Assembly (NCBI GenBank): GCA_043228905.1
Contig: JBHGNT010000005.1
Coordinates: 10,726,001 to 10,790,000, forward strand
Source: Azolla caroliniana
Taxonomy: Eukaryota; Plantae; Polypodiophyta
Length of the DNA stretch: 64,000 nt
Direction of reading: 5' to 3'
The position numbers and the translations under genes are program-made. Below the pieces are notes generated by a model. The model was not told where the DNA came from, did not search any database, and saw only the letters and a program-made list of their open reading frames with translations. Shown piece after piece: positions 1 to 13,000 of the stretch (the first letter of the stretch is position 1; every line of letters starts with the position of its first letter).

Positions 1-981
1 AGTGATCAACAAGATATGACAAGATAGGATGTAAAATGATAATTGAGGGAATGTAAGAAATTTATAATTATTTCATGAAAGAGTTCAAAATGGTTGCGAG
101 CATCGTTGAACCGTCGAACTTTGTCTCACAAGGTAGTCGCTCTTCTCTTTCTTGATAGTAGACCACAATCTTCCCTTCTATCTTTCGACGACGATAAGAC
201 TCGAACCTCCGCCTTTTCGTTGCGAGTTGAGCACCGCCGCCTCCAAGCTAGTTCTTCTCTTGTCTTTTGAAGATTGTATATAGATTTTACCTTCTCTCCC
301 TCTTTCTCTATTATGATATCTCTTACAATATAATTTCGCTCAATTCCATACAATAATTCTATTCAATATGATTGTTTGATTCCTTGATGTCCTTGTGACT
401 ATACTCCCTTCTCCTTTAATAGGAAGGGGATGGTTTTGCATGTGACCCATATGTCACACATGCAAAGAGGGCTCTTGCATGTGTGCTATATGGTGCACAT
501 GTAGTACATTACATGGTTTAGACTATACAATGCTACTTCAAATAAAACAATACTTTTTTTTTTATACATATGATGAGTTTGGTTAAATGGTAGGTTTTGA
601 GTGTCATAATGTGGAGGTTGTTGGTTCAAGTTTTCTCTCGCCCATGTAATACAATATATGATGCACATGTAGTACATTATATGGTTTAGGATTTAAACCA
701 TACAATATTACTTCAAATAAAACAAGACAAATAGTTTTATACAAATTACAATTATAGGGTAAATGGTAAGGTTTCAGAGTCATAAGGTGGGTGTTATTGG
801 TGCAAGTCCTCTCTTGTCCATGTAATATTTATTTATTTATTGCCTCTACATATAATGTATAATATTATCATAGGGTGTTTTTAATATTACCTTTATAAAA
901 CATTATGAAGATATATTTTATTTTAGTTACATATTTATCTTTTTGTAGACTTTTAATGTGAAGCTTTCGTACTTCACGACA
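1..981 (-). repeat. G1 3' LTR (partial; similarity to the 5' LTR starts at about nt 12)
   Basis: Direct repeat of 27161-27282/34686-35534. A purine-rich minus-strand tract (AGAGGCGGTGGA) abuts it at 982-993. Confidence 0.9.
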
Positions 982-1021
982 TCCACCGCCTCTAGACCTA
1001 CACATCCTCCGGCATGTGCCA

Positions 1022-2660
1022 CTATCTTCCATCGTCATGTTGATCTATTGGAGGAGGTTCTAGCTCAAACCTTTTCTTAAATACTTTTATCCTCTTTCCA
1101 GCTACCACATTTAGGATTAGTGTCCCATCCAATTCACTAAGTTTATAAGTAAAGTTATCATATACTTTTCTTAGTATGTAAGGCCCAAACCATCTTTCAA
1201 CGAACTTGCGGACAGTGCTATGTTCATTATCTAAATTGCTATCATACACAAGCAGCCAATCCCCTTCTTCTATCTTCTTATGTCGAATTCTGTGAGTTTT
1301 ATCAAAACAAATTTTATTCTTTAGTCGAGCCTCCTTCAATCATTGTGCTGCTAATTCTACATCTTCAGGCTGACGTTGTAATTGTTGAATTCTCAAAGCA
1401 AGCAATTCTTCTCTGCTTAGCTCTTCTCTCCATGGAATAGATGTCCATGACATAATTGATTCTTCTATTGGCATGATGGGCTTTTGGCCAAGTATTAGTT
1501 CAACTGGCATATATCCTCTTACCGAACTATCTGTTGTCCGATCTACCCATATTGCATAAGGTAGCATGCGTGGCCAATCTCTTAATCTACCTTTAAAACT
1601 TTTCATGATCGCCTTAACTATTGGGCTATGTCCTCTTTCCATCTTTCCATTGCCTTTTGGATTATAAGCAATTGTAAGTGATAACTTGACCCCTATCCGA
1701 CTGAAGAATTGTCTAGCTTCATCAAAATCAAGCTCTCCTTTATCTGCAATTACTTTACCAACACACCCATAACGACATATTACATCTTCTAACAAAAATT
1801 TACATACAACTTTATTTGTTTTTGTCGTAGTGGTCTTCCTTCTACTTGGTTTGTAAGGTCTTCTCTTGCTAGTACTAAATATCGCATTTGACCTTCCCCA
1901 AGTGGCATTGTCACTAGGTCGACCATCCATTTATAATGCATTAATGATGAATATGTTGGGTTTAGCTCATCTCGATACCGAATAGTCGAGTACCTCTAGC
2001 AAACCTCACAGGTTTCCACAAATTTCATTACATCTTTATACATATGTGGCCACCAATACTTTTCTTTCAACTTCATAAATGTCTCCCATATGCCTCTATG
2101 TCCTGCCCACAAACTATCATGGAATTCACTAATTAATTTTCTCTTAATTTCATCCTTACAAATGACTCCAAGAGGATTTTCGGTTGGCCTTTTTGGACGC
2201 CTCCATAAATGTCCTTCATGTAGGAAAAACTTGAATGCTCGTCTTCGAAATTCATTTAATTGTTTCTTGGACCATGATGGGTTGCTTCTTGAGTCTTTAG
2301 AAAATTTCCTATTTCTAACCACTGACCTTCATACTCTGTGTCTTTGAACATAATTCTTACATTAAACTCATCATGAGGCTTAATAGATACTTGATGAGCA
2401 ACTTGATGGCTTGTAGTTGCCCAATTTTTATCTTCAGCTTGCATCACCCTTTCATTTATGAACCTTGCTCTTGACAGCATATCTGCGACTGGGTTCTCTT
2501 TGCCCTTTATATGCCGTAATTCTAGGTTCATGGATTTGATGTATGCAATCCACCGAAGCATTGCAATATCTAGTGCCGTGCAACTTGCTATCATTCCGAT
2601 GAGTGGCAGACAATCTATTTCAACCACTACATCTGCTTGAATCAGTAAGCAAACCCCACA
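1022..2660 (-). pseudogene. G1 RNase H C-terminus and integrase, fragmented
   Basis: ORF pieces HIKGKENPVADMLSR, FHDSLWAGHRG...KYWWPHM...CEVC (zinc finger), AYNPKGNGKMERGH, RWFGPY (GPY/F). Confidence 0.9.
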
Positions 2661-2894
2661 ATTCTCGTTTAACTTGTGTATAATTTCTTTGTCTTTCATT
2701 TAATATCTTTGCTCCAAATCTTCTTTGTCTTTCATTTAATTTCTTTGTCTTTCAAGCTCCTCTTGCATTCATACATCCTAGTCACACACATAGCTCCACT
2801 TTCAGAAACATGAAATGACTTATTCATATGTTGTAATGCCCTAGGTGAGGGCCTTTTAATAATGGGACTATTGCAACCCTCATTTGCAGCAGTC

Positions 2895-3677
2895 CTAGTC
2901 AAAAACTTGATTATCAAAATCATCAGATTCTTTTGGTATCGAATGATCATGAAGCTCTTGCTTGTTCCTCTCATGATTTGGGCGAACTGTAATAAACTGT
3001 ACAGTTCTTCGTCCATCTTGGCTTCGAATCTTCGCATAGGCAGAACCATTGTCAAGGACTTTGGTCTCCATCTGTACCGCTATGATGTATGGTTGCCCCA
3101 AGATTATCGGATAGGTAGATCCTTCCTGCACAAAGAAATGTTGATCTACCTCTATATCACCAATAGTAACCTTTACATTTGGGCATGCACCAAATAAATG
3201 TTTGGTGACTGATGTGGTTGCTTTTACATGCCAACCATGTTGAGTATCAATTGGCCATCTACCTTTCCTGTAAAAATCAGCACTCATTATATTTATTTCA
3301 AAACCATGGTCAATAAGTGCCATCATTGGGTCTGGAACATTTCCAATCTTCACATGATGCTCAATAGTGGCTCTTGCCCAACATTTGTGAGAGTAGTGGC
3401 TTCTTCTCTCTGTTGAACTTATCATTGAGGTTGATGCATGTTGAGAGTCAACAATGATATTGTTCGACTCGTTGCTTACCACTTCATATGCCACCTTCCG
3501 ATTTGGCTCTTTAACATGCTCATTTACTTGCTTCTTTCTTCGCACAATATCCATTATTTCATCATGAAATTCCTTTTTTGCAATACCTAACACTTCTAGT
3601 GTAAATTCTACTCGACTATCTAGTATTCTTGTTTCTAAAATTTTCTTTAAATCTGTATCCTTTTCAATATCAGACAT
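2895..3677 (-). pseudogene. G1 aspartic protease region
   Basis: ALIDHGFEINIM ... PIILGQPY; homologous to G2 7958-9030; interrupted at 3678 by copia A. Confidence 0.85.
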
Positions 3678-3937
3678 TGTTGAGGATCAAGCGCATTGGG
3701 ATTTGAACCTTGTACCTTTACTTTATATATTATAGAACTTATAATAATGATATGTATCATTTATTATTATACGATAAACATACTAGCATGTAATGCATAG
3801 AATGTCATGCATACATGAAGCCATGTGGCGAGCATGAGGCGAACATGCTCGCATGCTTCATCTTATATAAAGGGGGCTTACCCCCACCATTCAATAAGAC
3901 TTATTATTTGAAGATATCTCATATCTAGATCTTAACA
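3678..3937 (+). repeat. Copia A 5' LTR (260 bp)
   Basis: TG...CA termini, TATATAAA at ~3864, followed directly by a tRNA-iMet PBS (3938-3950). Confidence 0.85.
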
Positions 3938-4247
3938 TGGTATCAGAGCCATAATCAACCGTTTATCTTTGCCAAAGATTCTCCCATCATTTCTCGATTA
4001 CTTCTCCACAAACTCAACCATCAATATCAACATCTCAACACCATAGCCAACTTTTGTACAACCTTTTCTTCCTCATCTCAACTATCAATATCAACATCTC
4101 AACAATAAGTGATTTCTTCTACGATTATCGCAACGACATATCGAAAGGCCGTCAAGCAACAATCTATCATGAACACACAAGCTCTTCAACAACAACGGTT
4201 TTTTGGTAAACACTTTTAATTAAGATCCTTATGTACTTGCATTCAAT

Positions 4248-5841
4248 ATGTCTGTTCAAGTAACGAAACTTGAAAATTTGACTAAAGATAATTATGCATC
4301 ATGGAAGTATAAAGTCATGTTGTTTTTAAAAGGAGAAGAATTGTGGCATATAGTTGTTAATGATAAACCTAGTCCTACAATAAAAGAAGAAGATAGAAAG
4401 GGAAAGGAAAAAGAATCTGGTGTTATTGAGTATGCAAAGGATTGGAATAAAAAGGATGCACAAGCCATGTAATACTTTCAAACACTCTTTCATCATCTTT
4501 GATTCCACATATAAAGCATTGTAATACTACTAAGGAAATGTGGAATACATTAGAAAATATTTTTTCGAATATATCTTCGACTAGAAAAATGCAACTAAAA
4601 GAGCAATTACAAAATGTTAAAATGGATAGAAACATGACAATCATGGATTATGTTGGAAAAATTAGGAAAATTGTGGATGATTTGGCATTGATAGATTGTA
4701 TTGTGGATGATGATGATATTGTGCGTGTATGTTTGAAACGATTGCCATCAAACTTTAATATATTTAAAACATCCATTTATGTTGCTGGAATACCATCATT
4801 TGATGAGTTGATTCCTAAGCTGCGACAAGAAGAACAAATTACAAGTTCATCAAAGAGTGGTAAGGATTGGAGTGAAGAACCATCTTTCTATGCTAATAGA
4901 GGAAAATCTCTAAGAGGAAAAGGAGGAAGGTGGCAACAACGAGGAAGAAATCCAGCTCGTGGAAGATGGCAAAATGAACAAATTTACAATGAAAATAAAC
5001 AAGAAGGTGAGAACTACAATAACAATAATAGTAGAGGGAGAGGGAGAATGCAAAGAGGATGAAAATTTCAGAATAATCAAGGTAATTTTCATGGTTATTC
5101 AGCCTCAACTATTAAGTGTTTTTATTGTAATAAGATTGGGCATCATGTGCAAGACTGTTGGATTCGACAAAGTGACATAAAGAATGGAAAATATAGTGAA
5201 AGTAATTATGCATGCAGTAGTATTACTCAAGTAGATGAAAATAATGAGAATACATGTGATAAAAATGCACTTGCAATTACAATTGGTAAGAATGCAAATA
5301 ATGCTTGGTATCTTGATTCTGGTTGTTCAAATCACATGACTAGAGATTGTGGTTTGTTTGACGCAACAAAGGGTTTGTCCACTCCAATTGAAATTTGTAT
5401 GGGTGATGATACATGTTATGATGTAAAAAGTTGTGGAGATGTTCAATTGTCGAATGACATGTCCAAAAAGCTAAAAGATATGTGGTACGTACCTGGTGTT
5501 AAAAATAATTTAATTTCTATTGGTCGACTAGTTGAGAAAGATATGGTTGTATTGTTTAATAAGTATGGATGTACAGTAACAAGTTCAAACATGGGAGAAG
5601 TGCTTGTAACCGGAAGAAAAGTAGGACGAATGTTCATATTGAATGATACAAAAAAGAAATGCATGATTGCAAATGAAAAAAATGAGTTTGAGTTGTGGCA
5701 TAAAAGATTGGGACATGTGAGTGCAAAAAGATTGCTAAATATGAGTAATAATGATTTGGTTCATGGATTGCCAAAGTTTAATAGAGATTGTGTTCTACCT
5801 TTTTTGTGAGCCGTGTTGTAAAGCAAAGTTCACAAGGACGG
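4248..5841 (+). pseudogene. Copia A gag, protease and GAG-pre-integrase
   Basis: LTKDNYASWK, CFYCNKIGHHVQDC zinc knuckle, WYLDSGCSNHMT, LWHKRLGH; contains stops and frameshifts. Confidence 0.9.
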
Positions 5842-6567
5842 TGTCATAGTGTGAATCACACACTACGTGAAATATGTAAAATACTATATCCAAAGTACGT
5901 ATAATAAATAAAATAAAATATTAAAAACATTTATTACATGCATAGGGTAAGATTCAAAACCTACACCTCCACGTAGACAAACCCCAACCTTACCATTGTA
6001 CTAACTTATCCTAAGTGTTTTAAATATAGATTGAATACATATAAGAACTTTATTTACGCCTACCTTTATTAAAAGGAAAGTCATGCATTTTTTAGAATAC
6101 GTGAATACTTTATTTATAAGAAAAATGTACACCAATAAAAAATGACTCGTGCACATCTAGCGAGCATGAGCACTATATTTAGGAAATAAAAGCATAGTGT
6201 AAAAAGGCAACTCATGCACATTTAGTGTGCATGAACACTTTAGAAAAATAAAGCATGAAGTTATGCTTAGCCTCTTCCATCCTTATATAAGGAGGAGAGA
6301 ATGATGTAAGGGGGTTGTTGCTTATTTTACAAGGGTGGATTAATATAATATAATCGTGGGATTCACGAATTTGCTAACTATTTTTCTCTCTTAATCTAAG
6401 TACTCACTAATACACTATACTCGTGGGATTCACGAGTTTTTCATATTTTTCTTTCTTACAACATATTTCATATTCTTCATTGCCTTAGAATCTTCTTTTC
6501 TCCTAGTCCAAAACCTCAGTGGTTCCCACCCGACTCACGGAACGATCCGGAGCCGAAAGGCACGACA
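5842..6567 (+). repeat. G2 5' LTR
   Basis: Direct repeat of 17646-18376; TATATAAGG at ~6283. Confidence 0.92.
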
Positions 6568-6571
6568 CAAG

Positions 6572-6589
6572 TGGTGAACCCGACGTGAA
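6572..6589 (+). promoter_or_regulatory. Primer-binding site complementary to the tRNA-Trp 3' end
   Basis: TGGTGAACCCGACGTGAA is the reverse complement of the plant tRNA-Trp(CCA) end ...TTCACGTCGGGTTCACCA (recalled, not searched). It lies 4 nt after the LTR. Confidence 0.8.
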
Positions 6590-6605
6590 CACGAGTGGCA
6601 AGGAG

Positions 6606-9030
6606 ATGGAAAATCAACCGGAGGCTAACAACATGATGATGATATTCGAGCGAATGCTTCAAGAACAATGTGCGATGTTAGAGATAGCGGCAGCAGTAGA
6701 GTGGCTCGTGCAACGGATCCGGCAATTCAACAGGAAGGACGTATCACGCTATCTTCGGTACTAGAAGGCGGAAATGATACAATGCGGGATTTCGAAAGGA
6801 TTGCAAGTGACATCCTTCAACCGGGTAGCTACCGACGTGCTTCAAGCAAGTATCCACGGGCTATGACAAATAAATCCAATGTGGGAAGCATTTGAAGAGG
6901 TGCTAAAGACCGCGTTCGCTATCGAGGACTCCTCCAAGGCAACGCGGAGAGGATTCGAGGATTGGGTAGAAACGTCGGACAAGGGGATGAAGGTCCTCGA
7001 TGTGTTTTCGGCATTCGAAAGTCGATTCGGGAGGTTGTCTGCGAGAGATCAAGCTATCCGCGCACCGGACAAAGTTATCATGTTCTTACGAGTCGTAGAT
7101 GTCCGGGACCGGAAGGATCTTGGAGTACTTCTAGAGGACACGACTACCGAGAGTGACCTCACCGAAACATGGGAAAGCGTGCAGGATATAGTCGCGCGAT
7201 ACACAAAGAGGGGGCAATGGCTTGCCAACGAAGAAAAGAGGGTTTCGGAACCGATTCCGAAACCGAGATCCAGATCGGAAGACCATCAACCGCAGGCTCG
7301 GGAAGCTACGACCGAGAAGGGAATCGACGCAACTATGGTGGAGCAGTTGCTGAAGGAGATGGAGAATCTAAAAATCGCGATGGTGAAGAAGTCGGATGAC
7401 CGTTCCACAAGTTCCAAGTATATGAACCGTCGGTGCATATGGTGCGATAGCACCGAACATGATCGAGATTGCGATGAGCACAAGCGCTACGACATGATCT
7501 TATCTACTACAAGGGAAATCGGATTCCTTCGAAGGACTCTCAGAAGCCGCTCCAACCGAACTTCCGAAAAGGCGGCATGAAGAAAGTCCTAGAGGAGGAA
7601 ATAGCGGCGAAGAGCAATTATGCGACAACCGCGGGAATACGTGTCAGGGAGTCATTGGGAGCAAAGGTGTCTTTTTGGCCGGAAGTGCTAGAAAACACCG
7701 AGAAAACCGAATCTAACGAGATCCGAATCACCGCGGAAGGCATCCGGGAAGGTACGGGATGGGAGTGCCCCGTCGATAACAATAGCGTATACGCCCTATG
7801 TCAATTACATGAGGTGTATGTGGACGAGAAGCAGCAACGCACGTAGGATGCGGCTGGACCATCGAAGACACCGGAGAGCTGCAACTTTGACGGAAGAGGG
7901 AAAGGAAAAACGATTCCGGCATTCAAGCTCGCCTAGGACATCGAACAACAAACGGACTTGAAAAATGTGTTCGAGGAGAGAATTCTTGACATCCGGGTAG
8001 TTTTTTCGCCTCAAGTACTACTCGGAATAGCAAAAAAAGAGTTCCATGATCTTCTTGTGGATCTCGTAAAAAGAAAAAGGCAAACTATGGAGGAAAATGC
8101 ACCGATGGTGAATGCAAATAGCATTCTAATGAACAACACTGAAGTGGAGGACGAGATTCCGAATTCCCACTATACAAAGCCACATTGGGCGCGTGCAACT
8201 ACGGAGACTCCAATCCGAGTCAGCAACATCAAAGAGCTCGTGCTAGCATTGATTGATCACAGATCGGAGATCAATTTGATGTCCAAAGAGTTCTACCGGA
8301 AGGGGAAATGGCCTATTAACACCAATCATGGATTGAAAATCCGGGCGGCCACTAAAGCAATGGAAGATCTATTTGCGGCTTGTCCGGATGTGACGGTGAA
8401 GATCAGGGATGTCGAGATCGACCAAAATTTCTTCGTACAAGACGAGGTCTCACACTCTGTGATCCTCGGGCAACCCTTTTGTTGAGAGACAAGCTCAACA
8501 TCGGCCGGATCGGCTGAAGAAGCCGAGGACCGGATCGGTTGGGACCAATCGGTTAGGCTGAGTGCGTAAACCGGGAGGCCGTTAGGGAAGATATTCCGTG
8601 AGGAATATATTTGGGAGTTAGTGTAGGAGCTCTTGATGAGCATTGAAGTACTGTCAGTACTTCGGTCAGTCCTTCTAAGACTTGTATAAAAGTGTTCACT
8701 GAGCACGTCTTATGTACAGACTGAGTATTATTGTTGAATAGAGTTTTCTGTTTCTCTCTCTGTCTCTCCTGCGTATACTGTGTAAGCCCAAGCTCTCCAT
8801 TGAACCTAAGTTTCCTTCCTTCTGTTCTGTCTTCATACTTGCTTCCACACGCTACTTTTTACACCTTTATCATAGCATCACGGATGGAGATGAAGGTGCT
8901 CAATAGCGGTGCGGCTTTTGCACAAATTCGGAGCCAAAACGGAGGGAAAGCCGTCCAATTCCTAACGGTGTTAGCAAATCATGAAAGGAACAAGAGAGAG
9001 CTCTTGTCCCAAACAAGGATGGACTTTTAG
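6606..9030 (+). pseudogene. G2 gag-protease ORF (stops, frameshifts, solo-LTR insertion)
   Basis: CIWCDSTEH knuckle, ALIDHRSEINLM, VILGQPF|IIASRME; ends ...RMDF-TAG at 9030. Confidence 0.85.
8480..8863 (+). mobile_element. Solo LTR of a copia-C-related family inside the G2 protease
   Basis: TGTTGAGAGACAAGCTCAACA...TTTTTACA; 5-bp TSD CCTTT on both sides; similar to 19832-20272. Confidence 0.9.
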
Positions 9031-9418
9031 AGCGGATTGTTGCGGAGTGGGGAAGTGATAGTCCGAGAAACCCTGATACCCCACACAGGAAGAAAATTCT
9101 CGGAGCAAAACAAGTACGAATCAGTCCGGATGGGGCATCTACGTACACGGTCGTAACCGGAGGAATGAAGAAAGAATACCGAAAGGTGGAGGATAAGTTA
9201 CGGTCGGCATCAATAATAAAAGAAGATGAAGAAATCGTGGGAATAGTTGAAGAAATGTTCTAAGGGAGCACACTACAACAGCTTGAAGAGCTCGCGAAAG
9301 ATACAAGCTAGGGAGACCGGGTAGTTCCTGTTGAGAAGCAAGCTCAACATGGTATGCGATGCTTATTGGGAAATAAGCTATAGTAGTTATTTAGCTACTT
9401 GTGAACATAAAGGAGAAA

Positions 9419-9560
9419 CAGCTAATTAGCTACTGACAGCTATTTAGCGACTGACAGCTATTTAGCTATTGACAGCTATTTAGCGATTGACAGCTAATTA
9501 GCTACTGACAGCTATTTAGCGACTGACAGCTAATTAGCTACAGGCAGCTAATTAGCTGCA
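9419..9560 (+). repeat. 18-bp tandem array (CAGCTA[A/T]TTAGC[T/G]ACTGA) in copia B U3; about 8 units here and 9 in the 3' LTR (14472-14631)
   Basis: Read directly; accounts for the 546 vs 564 bp LTR lengths. Confidence 0.9.
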
Positions 9561-10013
9561 TACGTAAGTAACTTATTACTTAGGTAGAAAGTAAGAGAGT
9601 AAAGAAAATAAGAAGAAGGAATATAGGAAGTAGAACTCTGAGAGAGAGATAGTGAGCATAGAGAGAAAGAACTCAGAGAGTGAGAGCAAAAGAGAGAAGC
9701 AAACGAGAGCAAGTAGAGCTCTGCGCATAATGAAATAGAAGAAGTTTTTGGCTGCTACAGAGGTAAGTCTCCTTCCCCCTTCCCTTCTGTGTTTGAGCAC
9801 TAAACGATCTAGCACACCACGATCCGCCGCGCACATAAGAAGAGCTCGAGTGCCTTCTTCACGTTTTCTTAACATGGTATCAGAGCAGAGTTGCTCATAA
9901 AGAAGAGTACAAAAGTGCATAGATCTGAGAAAGGTATTTCTCTGTTTGCTGATCTGAATCAGAAAGTTATTTGTTGAAGTAATCGTAGCAAAAACCCTTG
10001 TTTGGAAGAGATA

Positions 10014-13000
10014 ATGGCTGCAGAGAATGCGGGCCAAATAGTTACAGAGAAACTAGATAAAAACAATTTCCTGGCGTGGAAATTTAGAATGACAAATTTC
10101 CTAATGGGGAAAGGATATTGGGATTACATTGAAGGAGACCTAGAAGAGGCTCCGGAGATCCCAGAAGAAAATGTCACAGCAGCACAGATTAAAGCATTCA
10201 AAGATTGGAATCAAGGGGCAAGGAAGGTAATGCATTGGCTCTCACTTAGCATCTCAGATTCGATGCTTGGGCACATACAAGATGTTATGCTCCCAAAAGA
10301 AGCTTGGGACAGTTTGGTAAAACTGTTTGCAGTAAACACAAAAGCTAGAAAGCTACAGTTGAAGACTGAGCTAAATACCTTAGAAAAAGGTAAGATGTCA
10401 ATAAATGAGTATGCCTTGAAAATAAAGAGCATATGTGAATCACTTGCTTCTATCAATGTAAAGATAGAAGATGATGATAAGGTAGAAATATGCTTGAGAG
10501 GCTTGGGACCTCAATACAAAAGCTTTAAAACCTCTATGCTTACAAGGGATAGTATCCCAAGTTTTCCAGATTTGGTTTCAATGCTTGTAGTAGAAGAAAG
10601 GAATCAGATGGATGATGTAAATAAAGGAAATCTTGAGAATGAGGGGCAAGCCCTATATAATAGTGCCGGAAGAGGCCGAGGAAGAGGCCATGGAAGATTT
10701 GGCTCAGCAAGAACCCACAATAATGGTTATCAAGGAAGAGGACAACAAACCATTAGAGGAAGAAACAACAACAGAGGCAGGGGGAGCAACCAAGGTAGAG
10801 GTAAGCAAACATATGTAAATGATGATGGCTGTTGGTATTGTGGAAAACCAGGCCACACACAAGCTGAATGTTACAAGAAGCAAAATGATGAGAAAAGAGG
10901 AAAGAGTCAGCAGAATAACTATGCCCAAACTAGTGAAGATTGTGAAAAAGATGGTGCATTTGTGGTACAACATGAGATAGCAGCAGTGGCTGAAAGCTCA
11001 CAGAAATGTAATGAAGAGTTTACATGGTATGTAGACTCGGGGGCATCTAACCATATGACTGGACATGCAAACTGGTTTGAAAGGTTGAGAGAACCAGAGA
11101 TTCCTGGCTATGTACGGACGGGTGATAATAGTACTCACCAAATAGAACATGTTGGAGATATCCCATTGTGGGAGGAAAAAGGAAAGACTAAGTATATGTT
11201 GAATGTAATGCATGTTCCAAATCTTGCTAAGAATCTGATTTCTGTTGGACAGATAGTAGAGCAAGGTATGCAAGTAAAGTTTAAGCAAAGTGGATGCTAT
11301 ATAGAAAAGAATGGGAAGCTCATTGCAAAAGGAAAACGACAAGGAAGAATGTTTATTTTGGATGTTGACATGCCTAGACAGATTTCAGCTATGTTTGCAA
11401 ATGGAATGAGTGTAGTCTCAGATGTGGAAATGTGGCATAAAAGGATTGGCCACATAAGTATGCAAACCCTAAAGAATATGTTGAGAAAAGATGCAGTGGC
11501 TGGACTGCCAAAACTGAAAAATTGTGAAATGGGAAAGATATGTGAAGCATGTCAATATGGAAAGCAAAATAGGTTGCCATTCCCTCATGAAAGACATGTA
11601 AGTAAAAATTTGTTGGATTTGGTACGTACGGATGTATGGGGACCAACTAAGAATGCATCTATCGGTGGCTGCAGATTTTATGTAACTTTTATTGATGATT
11701 GCTCAAGGAAAACATGGGTGTACTTCATGAAAGAGAAAAGTGAAGTGTTTGAATGTTTTCGTAAGTTTAAATGCATGGTAGAAAAGCAGGTAGGTACAAG
11801 AATAAAATGTTTAAGATCTGATGGAGGAGGAGAGTATTTCTCCAATGAATTTTCTGATTTTCTAAGCAATCAGGGAATAAGAAGACAGTTCACATGTAGA
11901 TATACTCCACAGCAAAATGGAGTTGCTGAGAGGAAAAATAGAACATTGGTGAACATTGCAAGGGCTTTGATGACAGAGAAGAATATGCCATTGTACTATT
12001 GGGCAGAAGCTGTAAATACAACAAATTATATTCTAAATAGATGTATAACATCGGGAGTACATGAAGCAACTCCTGAAGAGTGTTTCTATGGAAGGAAACC
12101 TAGTATAGAACACTTAAAAGTGTTTGGATGCCTTGCATATGTACATGTGCCTGCAGAAGTAAGAAGTAAGCTGGATCCAAAGGCAGAAAAATGTATTTTT
12201 GTTGGCTATTCAGAAGAACAAAAAGGGTATAGATGCTATAACCCTGTAACAAAGAATACTGTGACAAGTAGGGATGTAATCTTTGATGAGTTAGCCAGCT
12301 GGTATAGTCCAAAACAGAATCCAGAGACTGATGAAGACAATGAGATTGAAGACAGAGACAAATCTGAAAATGTAGAAGACTGCCACAGAGATGGAAGCAA
12401 GGTTGGACAGCAAAGTCCAACATCAACAGAATGTTCTGGACCATCAAAAAGCTCAGATGGTAAATTTGATTCGAATTCTTGGAGTGGAAAAAGTGGAGGA
12501 CACAAAAAATGTGATGATAAAAAAGGAAAACAGAAAATGCCAGAGTATGAAATGTTGGATGACTTGTCTAAAAACATGGAAGATGAGGATTCAGATGTGT
12601 CATTGGATGATCTTCTTGGTATAAGAGGATTGAAAATCCCTGGTATGGAAAAAGCATTGAAGGATGCAAATCAGAAATTGAGAAGATCAGATAGAGAGAA
12701 AAAAATTGTTGAAAGATTTGGTTATGATACATACATGGCTATGCATTATGCATACATGTCTAAGGTGGTACTGATCCCTGATCCAAGTAGTTTTGATGAG
12801 GCTAAAACTGAGAAGAAATGGGTGGATGCAATGCAAGAAGAGATTGATGCATTGGCTGAAAACAGAACATGGGATTTGGTGAAGTTACCAAAAGGAAAAA
12901 ATGTGGTAGGTTGCAAATGGGTCTACAAGACAAAGCATGATTCCAGTGGGAATGTAAGTAGACATAAAGCAAGATTGGTTGCAAAGGGATATGCCCAAAT

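Noticed and set aside
9345-9362. Second PBS near the start of the copia B LTR (AACATGGTATGCGATGC)
   Set aside because: Only TGGTAT matches tRNA-iMet, too short to support priming.
9576-10037. 153-aa antisense ORF with a hydrophobic tail, repeated at 14647-14907
   Set aside because: It derives from GA-rich LTR sequence and has no recognisable domain.
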